Source of the DNA: Epiperipatus broadwayi
Lineage: Eukaryota; Animalia; Onychophora
Assembly (NCBI GenBank): GCA_028023455.1
Contig: JAQFVV010000005.1
Span: 11,408,001-11,472,000, forward strand
Length of the DNA: 64,000 nt
Direction: 5' to 3'
Shown here: positions 1-11,172 of the stretch, piece by piece
How the letters are laid out: each line of letters opens with the position of its first letter
Numbering within the stretch: the first letter of the stretch is position 1
Made by a program: the position numbers and the translations under genes
Notes under the pieces: model-generated
What the model saw: only the letters and a program-made list of their open reading frames with translations
Database searches by the model: none
Told to the model about the DNA's origin: nothing

Positions 1-241
1 GTTATTCTTAACAAGAATTATTGTTTATAAAACACTAAGATATAAAGGCAAAAAGAATCAGAGATCAGATTGTTTCAGTAATTTAATACCAGAAAATTCA
101 AAACAATATTGGTGAAAGAAAAGTCTGTGATCATGGTACAATGACAGGTAAATTTGAATAAGAAGCATATATTAATATTCATGATTTTGTTATTTTAAAT
201 TAATTTAGACAAAAACTATAACATAAAATTACAAATATAAA

Positions 242-282
242 GCTGAGTGCTTGTAAGGGACTTAAGCCTCCATAATCATAGC
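242..282 (-). ncRNA. Degenerate A3-U8 variant hammerhead-like motif (family A, left arm)
   Basis: Minus strand reads GCT ATGATTA T GGAGGCTTAAGTCCCT TACAA GCAC TC AGC; the GAAA is lost. Confidence 0.5.
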
Positions 283-337
283 CAATACAATATAAAATAC
301 AAAATATAAACACTTATTCAAAAGCAAAATGCGTATC

Positions 338-1570
338 TCAAATAAAATGTAGACAATCTAAAATATATTTATATAAAATAAAATATAATAAAAATAAATA
401 TAGCGTCCACATTTTAGAAATACTAAAACAAGAATCCTTTCTATTAATAGCATTGGGACTACTAGCTATAAAACAAGCTTCTTTAATCTTATGCTTTATG
501 TCATTCTTCTCAATACATAGATGTTCAGCCTTATTTTCATGTTCCACAAACACTGAATTACCCAAAGCTTTAGATTTAGTACGATGATAGAAATATTTAT
601 GCTGTGAAACTCTATTTAAAATATTGGTTTTAGTTTCACCATAATAAATAGAATGACAATCTTTATGAGGACAAGAAACACTATAAACTACATGCTGTGT
701 TAAATTAGATCCAATTTTAAATTTTGAATTGTTAATCAATCTATTCGGATTTGGAGATGAATGAAAAATTACCTGAAAATCCGAAGATAACTTATTAATT
801 GACCGTTTTGCAATAGAATGAATATATGGCAAAACTATATGAGGTTTTTCCGTCTTGTAAGGTTTAAACCGCAAATTATGTAAAAATTTCGCAACCCGAT
901 TATTAATAATTGAACGTTTATGTCCAAGTTTCACTAAGTCCTCAATAAAACAAATATGATTTTCCTTCCTATGTCCCTCAAATTTACAAAGATGGTGGTT
1001 TCTATATAAAAACAAATTAAAGGATGCCAACTTGTACACTTGAGAGTATGAATGTGGATGGATTAAACCCCTAACTTTCATAGGTTTCACACACATATGG
1101 TAGTCCAAATGATCTGTTCTATGCACAATAAAATCCAAATATTTCACTTCCTGTAAGGCATCTTCCCAATTTATCGTAAGATTTAAACCGGTAGCCTCAT
1201 GAATGCTACTTTGACTCTCTAAAATGATATTTTCAGGAGCCACAATAAATATATCATCTACATATCTAGTGTAATAATATCTGGTAGAGAGTTAATAAAT
1301 GTAGGGATAATTCTACACTCAAAATGGTCTAAAACTATAACAAGATAATTCCACTAAGAGGAAGGTCTATTAGTCAACCATTTAATATTTGAAAACAATC
1401 TTTAAATGTAGCCACTAAATTGTCATCCAGCCAAGTTAAAAATCCAACAATGAAATCAACTTTATAAGATGGAAAGACTTTATCACATAAAGATAACTTG
1501 ACTATATCTATTGACTGCTTATGATCAATGGACCCATACAATTCCGTAACATCCAGTGCTGCGGATTTAA
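338..1570 (-). pseudogene. 5'-truncated PLE RT-thumb-GIY-YIG ORF, frameshifted; open 1243-338
   Basis: RT motif A LDVTELYGSID at ~1556-1524 and YVDD at ~1270-1259. Thumb YLDFIV..KP. Linker HIVLPYI. Endonuclease HVVYSVSCPHKDCHSIYYGETK..NR..H..IKEACFI..NRKD. Confidence 0.9.
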
Positions 1571-1579
1571 AATTAGAAT

Positions 1580-2595
1580 TTTAACATTTTTGGCTGGATG
1601 AAAATTTAGTGGCTACATTTAAAGATTGTTGTTTTCAAATGTTAAATGGTTGGCTAATGGGCCTTTCTCTTAGTGGAATTCTCTTGAGTATAGTTTTAGA
1701 CCATTTTGAGCGTAGAATTATCCCTATATTTATTAACTCTGTACCAGATATTATATACACTAGATATGTAGACGATATATTTATTGTGGCTCCTGAAAAT
1801 ATCATTTTGGAGATTCAAAGTAGCATTCATGAGGCTACCGATTTAAATCTTACAATAAATTGGGAAGATGCATTACAGGAAGTGAAGTATTTAGATATTA
1901 TTGTGCATAGAACAGAAGATCATTTGGACTATCATGTGTGTGAAACCTATGGAAGTTAGGAATTTAATCCATCCTCATTCATACTCTCCTCAAGTGCACA
2001 AGTTGGCATCTTTGAATTCATTTTTATATAGAAACCACCATCTTTGCAAATTTGAGGCACATAGGAAGGAAAATCTTATTTGTTTTATTGAGGACTTAGT
2101 GAAACTTGGACATAAATGTTCAATTATTAATAATCGGGTTGTGAAATTTTTACATAATTTGTGGTTTAAACCTTACAAGACGGAAAAACCTCATATAGTT
2201 TAGCCATATATTCATTCTATTGTAAAACAGTTGATTAATAAGTGTTTAAAAATTTAAAATTGGATCTAATTTAACACAGCATGTAGTTTATAGTGTGTTA
2301 TGTCCCTCATAAAGATTGTCATTCTATTTATTATGGTGAAACTAAAACCAATATTTTAAATAGAGTTTCACAGCATAAATATTTGTATCATCATGCTAAA
2401 TCTAAAGCTTTGGGTAATTCAGTGTTTGTGGAACATAAAAATAAGGCTGGACATCTATGTCAACCAGTAGAAGCAAAATTAGTGTGTACTGAGAAGAATG
2501 ACTAAAGTGTAAGATTAAAGAAGCTTGTTTTATAGCTGGTAATCCCAATGCTATTAATAGAAAGGATTCTTGTTTTAGTATTTCTAAAATGTAAA
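1580..2595 (+). pseudogene. Second, frameshifted copy of the family A PLE RT-GIY-YIG ORF
   Basis: ORFs 1609-1959 (QMLNGWLMGLSLSG = RT motif B'; RYVDDIF at ~1762-1782), 1901-2203 (thumb) and 2293-2505 (GIY-YIG) join into one reading frame interrupted by frameshifts and stops. Confidence 0.9.
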
Positions 2596-2732
2596 TGCTA
2601 TAATATTTATTTTTATTATATTTTATTTTATATTATTTTATTTATATATATTAGATTTAGTTTACATTTTATTTGAGATACGGATTTTGCTTTTGAATAA
2701 GTGTTTATATTTTGTATTTTATATTGTATTGG

Positions 2733-2773
2733 GCTATGATTATGGAGGCTTAAGTTCCCCGAAAGCACTCAGC
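2733..2773 (+). ncRNA. A3-U8 variant minimal hammerhead ribozyme (family A)
   Basis: GCT ATGATTA T GGAGG-CTTAAGT-TCCCC GAAA GCAC TC AGC. Stem I is GCT/AGC. Predicted cleavage is after C2770 (CUC triplet). Confidence 0.7.
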
Positions 2774-4719
2774 TTTATATTTGTAATTTTATGTTTAAAG
2801 CTTCAACAACTGTGTTTCATCACAGTTAGTATTTAGTTTATTGATTTTTGTTGAAGTATATAGAGACATTCTTTTCATTTTGTATTATATATTTTCTTTG
2901 AGGCAACCTTTCTTCTGATATTTGATGGAGAACTATGTGAAAGAACAGGAAACCAGTACAAAGTAGATTTGAATGTATCAGTTATATTTGCTTGAGTATT
3001 TAGAAGTTTAGTGTGGAAACTGTTTCCTGAAACAAGGACAAATTATTCATCAGTATGTAATATGCTAGTATTAAAGAAGTTCTCCAGAAAGAACCTGCAT
3101 CAGAATACTAATTAGTGTCAGACAACTTTCTAAAGAAATTGTTCCTTGCAATTAATTTATGTGTAACCTTAGATAAATAAGAAAAATAAAACAATTATTA
3201 TCCAACATTATTCTCAAATAGCATGGAATAAGATTCTGCTTCAATCTATTACTGCAAAATATATTTAGATTATGACGTATTTCTGTTAGTTAAATGAAAA
3301 GCTTAGCTTTATTGGATTAGAACAAGTACTCAAATTACTTTCAATATTTACATACTTAGTGAGAAAATTTTCTATTTTAATAAAGGAGAATCTTTTTTTT
3401 GTGAAGTCAAAGTAATGGTGTCCGCCTAGATGAAATTTCTGTTTTAAAAAGATTACTTTTGAATACAAAGTAAGTGAGAGAACCAAACCCTGCTTTAGAT
3501 CAACCACTATATAAAATTTTGTATTTATTTTATCATTTGGTGTCACATGAATTTTTCTATTTGAATGCATATTGTTAATTAATGGTTTTTATGCATTTAA
3601 GTAATTTAGAAACTTTTTAAGAAAAAACAACACTTTCAGAATCATAAGTTAAAATTATATAAACTGTGTTCCCAGCAATTTCTTCTTGTACTTGGCTCAT
3701 CCTGCTCTATAGATAAATGGTTTCAGCTATTGGCAAAATTATTGTTAATATCATGGGTTCATACAACTTGTAAGGAACACAATAATGATTATTAGGTAAT
3801 TTTCATGAACGATGGATTTATTTGGTTTTAAGAGTACTGTAGTTTTGCTATCATTAGTGCTGGATTTATTTGGTTTTAAAGAGTGCCATAGTTTTGCTTT
3901 TATACCAATTTTTTTGAAATAGTTTTTGTGTGAATATTACTGAATAATTTTGTCTCCATGGTTTGAGCTTGAAGTTCTAAAGCTTTTTAGGACCTTTGGA
4001 AGTTTGCTATGTACTCATAACCTTTCCTAATTTAAAACAAGGATAAGTTTACCAACATCCATTTTTTTTTAAGATTGATATTACAGGAATATTGTTCAAA
4101 AGAAGCTTGCACTTCTTTCTCTAGTGATGCTTTGTATCTTTCTATCAATTTTGAGAAAAATTGTTAAGTTTTGTTTTTCCATGTTTTTCCTTCATTATTC
4201 TAATATCCAGTGATTTTATATGTTTAGTCAATAATTTTCAGATCTTTGGTAAACAAATTAGGCTATAAAGAATAATGCTGGTTTTGTTCCAATTTAGAAT
4301 GAATTGCTTTTAATATCTGCAAGAGATGGACTTTTTGACAACAGTTGTTATAAGTATGCTAAATCTCATAATTAAGAGGGAAGTTTACTTTAATGTTCCA
4401 TTCAACAAATTCAGTATATTGATTTTAAACAGCTTTCCTTTAATTTTATCTTAGAATAAAGTAATTTTCAATTATTGAAATGTGATTCCCAAATAATTAG
4501 ATGTGAATTATCTTGCTTATGTGACAAATGATCCAATATCACTAGATTTGCAGGAAATTGTGAACTGTTTTTTTTTGTCAAAATAAAACGAATCAGTTGT
4601 CTCTCTTCTTCATCTATTTGAATAAATAATATAAAAACTCTGTCAGATAATGAAAATTATTCTACACGAATAAAACATGATAAACAGAGCACAAAAATAT
4701 TAATTATAAACAACAATTA

Positions 4720-4756
4720 GCCAAGCGCTTTCGGTACTGTATACCAGAATCATGGC
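4720..4756 (-). ncRNA. A3-U8 variant minimal hammerhead (family B, left arm)
   Basis: Minus strand GCC ATGATTC T GGTA-TACAG-TACC GAAA GCGC TT GGC, identical to the right-arm copy. Confidence 0.72.
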
Positions 4757-5600
4757 CGACATACTGGAACTGAACTGTTAATATTCCAGTGCATGCTCAG
4801 TGGAACACTAGTGTTACGCTGATTAATAATGTTTTTAGACTTTGCAATAAACCAAGCCTCTTTCAACTTCCTTTTCTGATCATTTGACTCATTGCAAACA
4901 GTAGTAATATTTTGAGGATAAAACTTGTGACCACAATTACTTTCATGATTTGAAAAAACAGAATTAACCTGCAAATCACTTTTAGATTTTTTGTACTGAT
5001 AAATATGCTGTTGCAAACACATTAAAACATTGGTTTTCGTTTCCCCAAAATAAATAGCAATAAATAGCATTACAATCAATTTTTTTGCAAGTAATGGAAT
5101 AAACCACTTCATACTTATTCATTTCTTCTACATTATCCTTTGAATTGTTTAGTAATATATTCAAACACAAAGGGGAACGGAATCCTACATTATAATCTTT
5201 GTGTTTGAATAGATTAATAAAAAATTCAAAGGATAATGTAGAAAAATGAATAAGTATGAAGTGGTTTATTCCATTACTTGCAAAAAAATTGATTGTAATG
5301 CTATTTATTTTGGGGAAACGAAAGCCAACGTTTTAATGCGTTTGCAATAGCATATTTATCAGTACAAAAAATCTAAAAGTGATTTGCAGGTTAATTCTGT
5401 TTTTTCAAATCATGAAAGTAATTGTGGTCACGAGTTTTATCCTCAAAATGTTACTACTGTGTTCAATGAGTCAAATGATCAGAAAAGGAAGTTGAAAGAG
5501 GCTTGGTTTATTGCAAAGTCTAAAAACATTATTAATCAGTGTAACACTAGTGATCCACTGAGCATGCACTGGAATATTAACCGTTCAGTTCCAGTATGTC

Positions 5601-5637
5601 GCCATGATTCTGGTATACAGTACCGAAAGCGCTTGGC
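5601..5637 (+). ncRNA. A3-U8 variant minimal hammerhead (family B, right arm)
   Basis: GCC ATGATTC T GGTA-TACAG-TACC GAAA GCGC TT GGC. Stem I GCC/GGC covaries with GCT/AGC in the other families. Predicted cleavage 5634/5635. Confidence 0.72.
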
Positions 5638-8600
5638 TAATTGTTGTTTATAATTAATGTTTTTGTGCTCTGTTTATCACATTTTATTTGTGTAGAATAA
5701 TTTTCATCTATTTGAATGGAATGTTGGTTTTTGTGTGGTATTTCAACATCATAATATAAGGGCTTATTATTTAAATCCATCCTTTCTCAAAGTTAATGAT
5801 CTGGTGATTCTTGTGTATATTCCTAAGGTTACTATGAAAATTGAAATCTTCTGCAACATGATGATAGAACCATTTTATATTGGGAGGTTTGTAGATATGG
5901 CATACATAAAAAATTATCTAAATATCATGTCTTCATTAGAATTTATCTTACAAGATAGTTTGAAACAAAATAGCCATGCCTTATTTAAAATTCATTCTAT
6001 CAAAAGTCATTGTAAATTCGGGAATTTTTAAAGGTACATTTTATTGGAAAAATAATGAAACTTCTGAACTGCAATTATATTGATGTTGTGTTAAATTGTT
6101 ACTTTATAGAGAATCTCTATTTTTGATATTACTTCTTATCTTGAAATAATTTGATTCTATTTCCCAGGTGAAGAGAAAATTATTGCATAAAGTATATATA
6201 CTTAGCACATGAAATGTTCCATGATTACCATTACTGCCATGTAATTGGTTTTTCCATTTCAAGAGCTTAGGATCATCATCTTTCTAATCCAGTTATGTCT
6301 ATCCTTCATAATACTAGTACATTGCCTTTAATACTTAATTTTGTGTTTTCATAATTTGAATTCTTTAATCAGGAGTTTATCACAATGAAGTCTGGTAATT
6401 TGCTTTATGTATTGATGCCTACTACTCATAGAATAGATTATAGGAAAGGTAATATAGTCTGTTTATGAGAAATAATGGTAAACTTCCTATAAAATGTTAC
6501 ATTAAACATTATATGCTTAGTTTTTGTGAAATGGAAGAGGGGAAAAACTAAAATTAATTAAATATTAAATTAAAACAAAGTACTATATAAATATATTCTT
6601 TGGAATTTCAACAAGCTTCTGACACCCATCTTACTTAATCTCAATGTGCATTTTTGATAATCTTTATAGAAATAAGATTTATGAAAAGCATCTTAAAATC
6701 TCAAATATCATATAAAATCATGAATTGTCTTATACAAGAATAAAATTTATGTTCAATATCAATTCATTTGCTAAGTAATGTTAATAAAACAAATGATAAT
6801 TTATTTATGATATTCTCTGACATTTTTAAAATTCTCAAATGCATAATTAAAAGTGTGTAGTATTTGTCTTTAAACTGAAACACTAATCTTTGTAGAATGG
6901 ATTTTAATGTAATCTTATTGGTGTGAAATCTAGAAAATTGTGTGATTGTTTATAATACTGATTCAATTTATATGTATTTAAATTTGAATGAGTTGTTTAA
7001 GAACATTTATTTAATATTAATTATTCTCTAATTTCTTAGCAATTATTATTTATATTTTTTTGTTTTATTTTGTTTAGGTTGGAAATAATTCTCTTCTAAT
7101 CACCAAGATTATATTTGTGAAAAAAGTTAAATTGTACGCTATATAAGTAAGCCCTGATTGACTAATTAGATTGGATTGTGGTAAGGCCATCACACGTTTA
7201 TATTTCAGGACTCATTGAAAATTGGATAATCACTATATGATTGCAAAAACCATTATCATTACACACAGTAAAGTATCTAAAATTTATGATTCTTATGAGA
7301 GAAAAAATTATAACTTCAGAGTTCAGCGAGATATTACTTCCCTGTGGAATAAGAATCACTTTTAAAGATAATATAAATTTAATGCAAGTACACAGAATTG
7401 ATAAATTAGATTGTATATCTGAATAAATCTAATATTAAATGTTCATATAATGTAATTTAAAATCTGGACTAATATACAAGTTAATGAATGGAACATATTT
7501 GAAATAATAATATTGTGATATTTCAATGTATTGATGATTCCTAATATATCTGTAAAATGTATAAGTAGGAGATTTAAGATGTAGAGATTGCATTTTATTT
7601 GAAGTTAATTATTTTGTGAGAAGATGCAAGTAATTCCATTATTAGACTTTATTTTGTGATTATTAGATAACACAATAGCTTTAAAGCTTCAACCCATTAT
7701 TTAAATCACAGGATACAGTTAAAATATAGCCATTGGAAAAATATAGTGAAAATCAGTGCTATTTACAAAATGCTTATTAATAAGCATAAAAACGGTCATG
7801 GACAGTGGATTTGTTGCTGTTTTGCTTTTATTCTATGTTTCTACAGTTGAAAATAAATAATTCTATAGTTTAGATGTTTTGTATTTTATAAATAACACCA
7901 TTAATTTTTTGCATTGAACAGTTTCATGCTGAGAATCCATCCAATCTGAAAGTTGTACTTAATAAAAAATTTAATTACTAAATGTAGAAAACATCAAATA
8001 CTCAACATCAATGACAATGAAATAGTCACAAGTTAAAACTATTTTTTAGTTTAATGTGACTGATGAATTTTTTATTGATAATAAATATTAATTTAAAATT
8101 CATTTAGTTTGTTGATAAACAAATCTTTATTTTAAATTATGTGTAAATTCATAAAAAAAAAAATCACATGAAAATAATGTTTTGACGAAACTAATTGAAA
8201 ATTATTAGATAGGAGGAAATAGTAAAATTTTTAAAAATGTCTGACATATATTTGACAGTTCTTTTTGAAAAACAAAATATGAAGACAAAATATTTCAAGA
8301 GAAAGAAAAAATGTCAATGGTGCTTGTGTGATTAAATGTGTTCTTATCAGTCACCTTTGAGACAATGGCTAATTTGAGAATAAAAAAGTAGACATACAAT
8401 AAAAAATTGAAGACAAGTGTTTTATCATGACTACAAATAAAGTCCATGAATGATAAAAATATCTGCATTTATCTCTTGCTTGTCTTAAAGGTAAGACTGC
8501 TTCAAAATTTTTCATGATTTAGTAAAAAAATTCATAAGTAGAAAGTGGGAATTATTTACTTACACTCTTGAAATAAATGCACATCAAAAAATGTATATAA

Positions 8601-8639
8601 TCAAAACTTTATGAACATAAACTTTCATGAAATGCTTTT

Positions 8640-8778
8640 ATTATGGAGAAAAATGTTTCCAATGCAGTTTTTATGATTACAAATGTGACTGAAAAGTCTC
8701 GTTAGAAAATGCAAGAAAGAATACAAAGGGGAAAACTTATTCAAAGCACCCTACATGGTTACAAGTCTAATATAAAAA
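8640..8778 (+). pseudogene. Decayed C2H2 finger units immediately upstream of the ZNF ORF
   Basis: YGEKCFQCSFYDYK at ~8643-8684 and EKSR*KMQERIQ..LHGYKS at ~8692-8768 resemble the downstream fingers but contain stops and frameshifts. Confidence 0.65.
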
Positions 8779-11172
8779 ATGGACGAAATCATTACAAAAA
8801 ATAAAGGAGAAAAACTTTTTCATTGTACTTTATGTGATTTCAAGACTGCTGCAAAAAGTAAATTCAATATGCATGGAAAAATACATATGGAAGAAAAACC
8901 ATTTCATTGCAAATTTTGTGATTACAAAGCTACAAAAAAAATTAGTTTAAAAATACATGAAACACTTCATTCAGGGGAGAAACCTTTTAATTGTAGCATA
9001 TGTGATTACAAAACAGTTGCAAAAACTTATTTAAAAATACATGAAAAAATACATACTCAAGAAAAAACATTTCATTGTACTTTATGTAATTATAAGACTT
9101 CTATAAAAAGTAGTATAAATAGGCATAAAAGAACACATACTGGAGAAAAACCTTTCCACTGCAGTCTTTGCAAATTTAAAACTGCTGAAAAAATTAGATT
9201 AAAAATACATCAAACAATACATACGGGAGAAACTCCATTTCAGTGTTCCTTTTGTGATTATAAGACTGCTTTAAAATATAGATTACGAAGTCATGAAAAA
9301 ATCCATGCTGAAGAAAAAAAATTTCATTGCAGATTGTGTGATTTTAAAGCTGTTCAAAAATATAGTTTAGAAGTGCATGAAAGAGTTCATACTGGAGAAA
9401 AACCTTTTAATTGTAGCGTATGTCATTACAAGAGTGCCACAAAAAGTTATTTAAAAATTCATGAAAAAATACATACACAAGAAAATTTGTTTCATTGTGC
9501 TTTGTGTAACTACAAGACTGCAATAAAAAGTAGTATAAAAAGGCATGAAAGAATGCATAATGGAGAGAAACCATTCCATTGCAGTATTTGCAATTATAAA
9601 ACTGCAGAGAAAAGGAGATTAAAAATACATCAAAGAATACACACAGGAGAAAAACCATTTCAATGTACTTTTTGTGATTATAAAACTTCTGAACAGAGAA
9701 TAATTAATAGACATGAAAAAATACATTTTGGAGAGAAACCTTTTCATTGCATTCTCTGCAGTTTCAAAACTATTAATAAAAGTAGATTAAAAATACATCA
9801 AACGACACATACAGGAGAACAACCTTTTCAGTGCTCTTTATGTGGTTACAAGACTGCTGTAAAAAGTAGATTATATAGTCATGAAAAAATTCATTCAGGA
9901 GAAAAATCTTTCGAGTGCACCTTATGTAATTATAAGAGTTCTTCAAAAAGAAATATAAATATTCATGAAAAAGGACATTTAGGAGAGAAACCTTTTCATT
10001 GCAGCCTCTGCAAGTTCAAAACTGCTACTCAAAGTAGATTAAAAATACATCAAACATTACATACAGGAGAACAACCTTTTCAGTGTTCTTTATGTGGTTA
10101 CAAAACTGCAGTAAAAAGTAGATTATATAGTCATGAAAAAACACATTCAGGAGAAAAGGCTTTTCAGTGTACCTTATGTGATTACAAGAGTTCTTCAAAA
10201 CGCAATACAAATAGTCATGAAAAAATACATTTAGGAGAGAAATCTTTTCATTGCAGCCTCTGTAAGTTTAAAACTGCTACTGAAAGTAGATTAAAAACAC
10301 ATCAAACGATACATACAGGAGAACAACCTTTTCAGTGCACTTTATGTGGTTATAGGACAGCTGTAAAAAGTAGATTACATAGTCATGAAAAAACACATTC
10401 AGGAGAAAAACCTTTTCAGTGCCCCTTATGTGATTACAAGACAACTGTTAAAAGTAGGTTAAGTTTTCATATAAAAACACATTTAGGAGAGAAACCTTTT
10501 CACTGCAACCTCTGCAAGTTTAAAACTGCTACTGAACGTAGATTAAAAACACATCAAACGATACATACAGGAGAACAACCTTTTCAGTGTACTTTATGTG
10601 GTTACAAGACTGCTGTAAGAAATAGATTACTTAATCATGAAAAAATACATTCAGGAGAGAAATCTTTTCAGTGCACCTTATGTGATTACAAGACAACTAT
10701 CAAACGTAGATTAAGTTTTCATGTAAAAACACATTCTAGTAAAAAATCTGTTCATTTCAGAATATGTGCTCAAGATTATAATTATATAAGAGAAAAACTT
10801 TTTTCTTGCAATCTATATGATTACAAGAATGCCACAAAATATTGTTTACAAGTAAATGAAAGAATGCATTCACAGGCAAATTATTTTCATTGTACTTTAT
10901 GTAATTATAAAAGTGTTAAAAAACATCATTTAAAGAATCATGAGAGAACACATGCAGAAATAAGATCCTTCCAGTGCAGTATGTCTGATTACAAAGTAGT
11001 TTCTCAAATGTTCAATGAAAATAAAAATACATTTCCAAAACAATCTCACAATACTGACATATTTAAATGTCATTTATGTGATTACAAAAACTCAGAAAAA
11101 GCTCTTTGGGAAAATCATGAAGCAAGCCATTTCACAAATCATGACATAATTGAGATTCTTGTTCGATTATAA
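8779..11172 (+). CDS. Tandem C2H2 zinc-finger protein: 23 consecutive canonical fingers, then 2 intact and 3 degenerate units; no effector domain visible
   Basis: 797-aa open frame with a 28-aa period F-x-C-x2-C-xYKT-x6-L-x2-H-x3-H and TGEKP-type linkers. The start codon is uncertain. Confidence 0.95.
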   Translation: MDEIITKNKGEKLFHCTLCDFKTAAKSKFNMHGKIHMEEKPFHCKFCDYKATKKISLKIHETLHSGEKPFNCSICDYKTVAKTYLKIHEKIHTQEKTFHCTLCNYKTSIKSSINRHKRTHTGEKPFHCSLCKFKTAEKIRLKIHQTIHTGETPFQCSFCDYKTALKYRLRSHEKIHAEEKKFHCRLCDFKAVQKYSLEVHERVHTGEKPFNCSVCHYKSATKSYLKIHEKIHTQENLFHCALCNYKTAIKSSIKRHERMHNGEKPFHCSICNYKTAEKRRLKIHQRIHTGEKPFQCTFCDYKTSEQRIINRHEKIHFGEKPFHCILCSFKTINKSRLKIHQTTHTGEQPFQCSLCGYKTAVKSRLYSHEKIHSGEKSFECTLCNYKSSSKRNINIHEKGHLGEKPFHCSLCKFKTATQSRLKIHQTLHTGEQPFQCSLCGYKTAVKSRLYSHEKTHSGEKAFQCTLCDYKSSSKRNTNSHEKIHLGEKSFHCSLCKFKTATESRLKTHQTIHTGEQPFQCTLCGYRTAVKSRLHSHEKTHSGEKPFQCPLCDYKTTVKSRLSFHIKTHLGEKPFHCNLCKFKTATERRLKTHQTIHTGEQPFQCTLCGYKTAVRNRLLNHEKIHSGEKSFQCTLCDYKTTIKRRLSFHVKTHSSKKSVHFRICAQDYNYIREKLFSCNLYDYKNATKYCLQVNERMHSQANYFHCTLCNYKSVKKHHLKNHERTHAEIRSFQCSMSDYKVVSQMFNENKNTFPKQSHNTDIFKCHLCDYKNSEKALWENHEASHFTNHDIIEILVRL

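Larger units (their letters stand above)
220..2795. mobile_element. Penelope-like element family A, head-to-head fold-back pair (arms ~220-1440 and ~1580-2795, spacer ~140 bp)
   Basis: The two arms are reverse complements (e.g. ACATAAAATTACAAATATAAAGCTGAGTGC at 221 vs GCACTCAGCTTTATATTTGTAATTTTATGT at 2765). Both encode PLE RT followed by GIY-YIG, and both 3' ends point outward. Confidence 0.92.
4650..5707. mobile_element. PLE family B fold-back (arms ~4650-5172 and ~5197-5707, loop ~24 nt), flanked by the 15-bp direct repeat TTCATCTATTTGAAT (4609-4623, 5703-5717)
   Basis: The arms are reverse complements. They encode linker + GIY-YIG (YEVVYSITCKKIDCNA..YFGETK..KLKEAWFI..IINQ..W) followed by a 3' UTR. 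Confidence 0.9.
3950..6050 (-). mobile_element. Highly decayed non-LTR (LINE) RT remnant, interrupted by PLE family B
   Basis: Minus strand shows NYLGITF (~4500-4478, thumb motif) and TFDRM (~5999-5985, AFD-like); there are many stops. Confidence 0.4.

Noticed and set aside
8060-8066. CTGATGA hammerhead core-like heptamer
   Set aside because: No stem II, GAAA or stem I in the required arrangement.
9407-10210. Antisense ORFs 9407-9658 and 10025-10210
   Set aside because: Shadow frames of the periodic zinc-finger coding sequence with no independent features.
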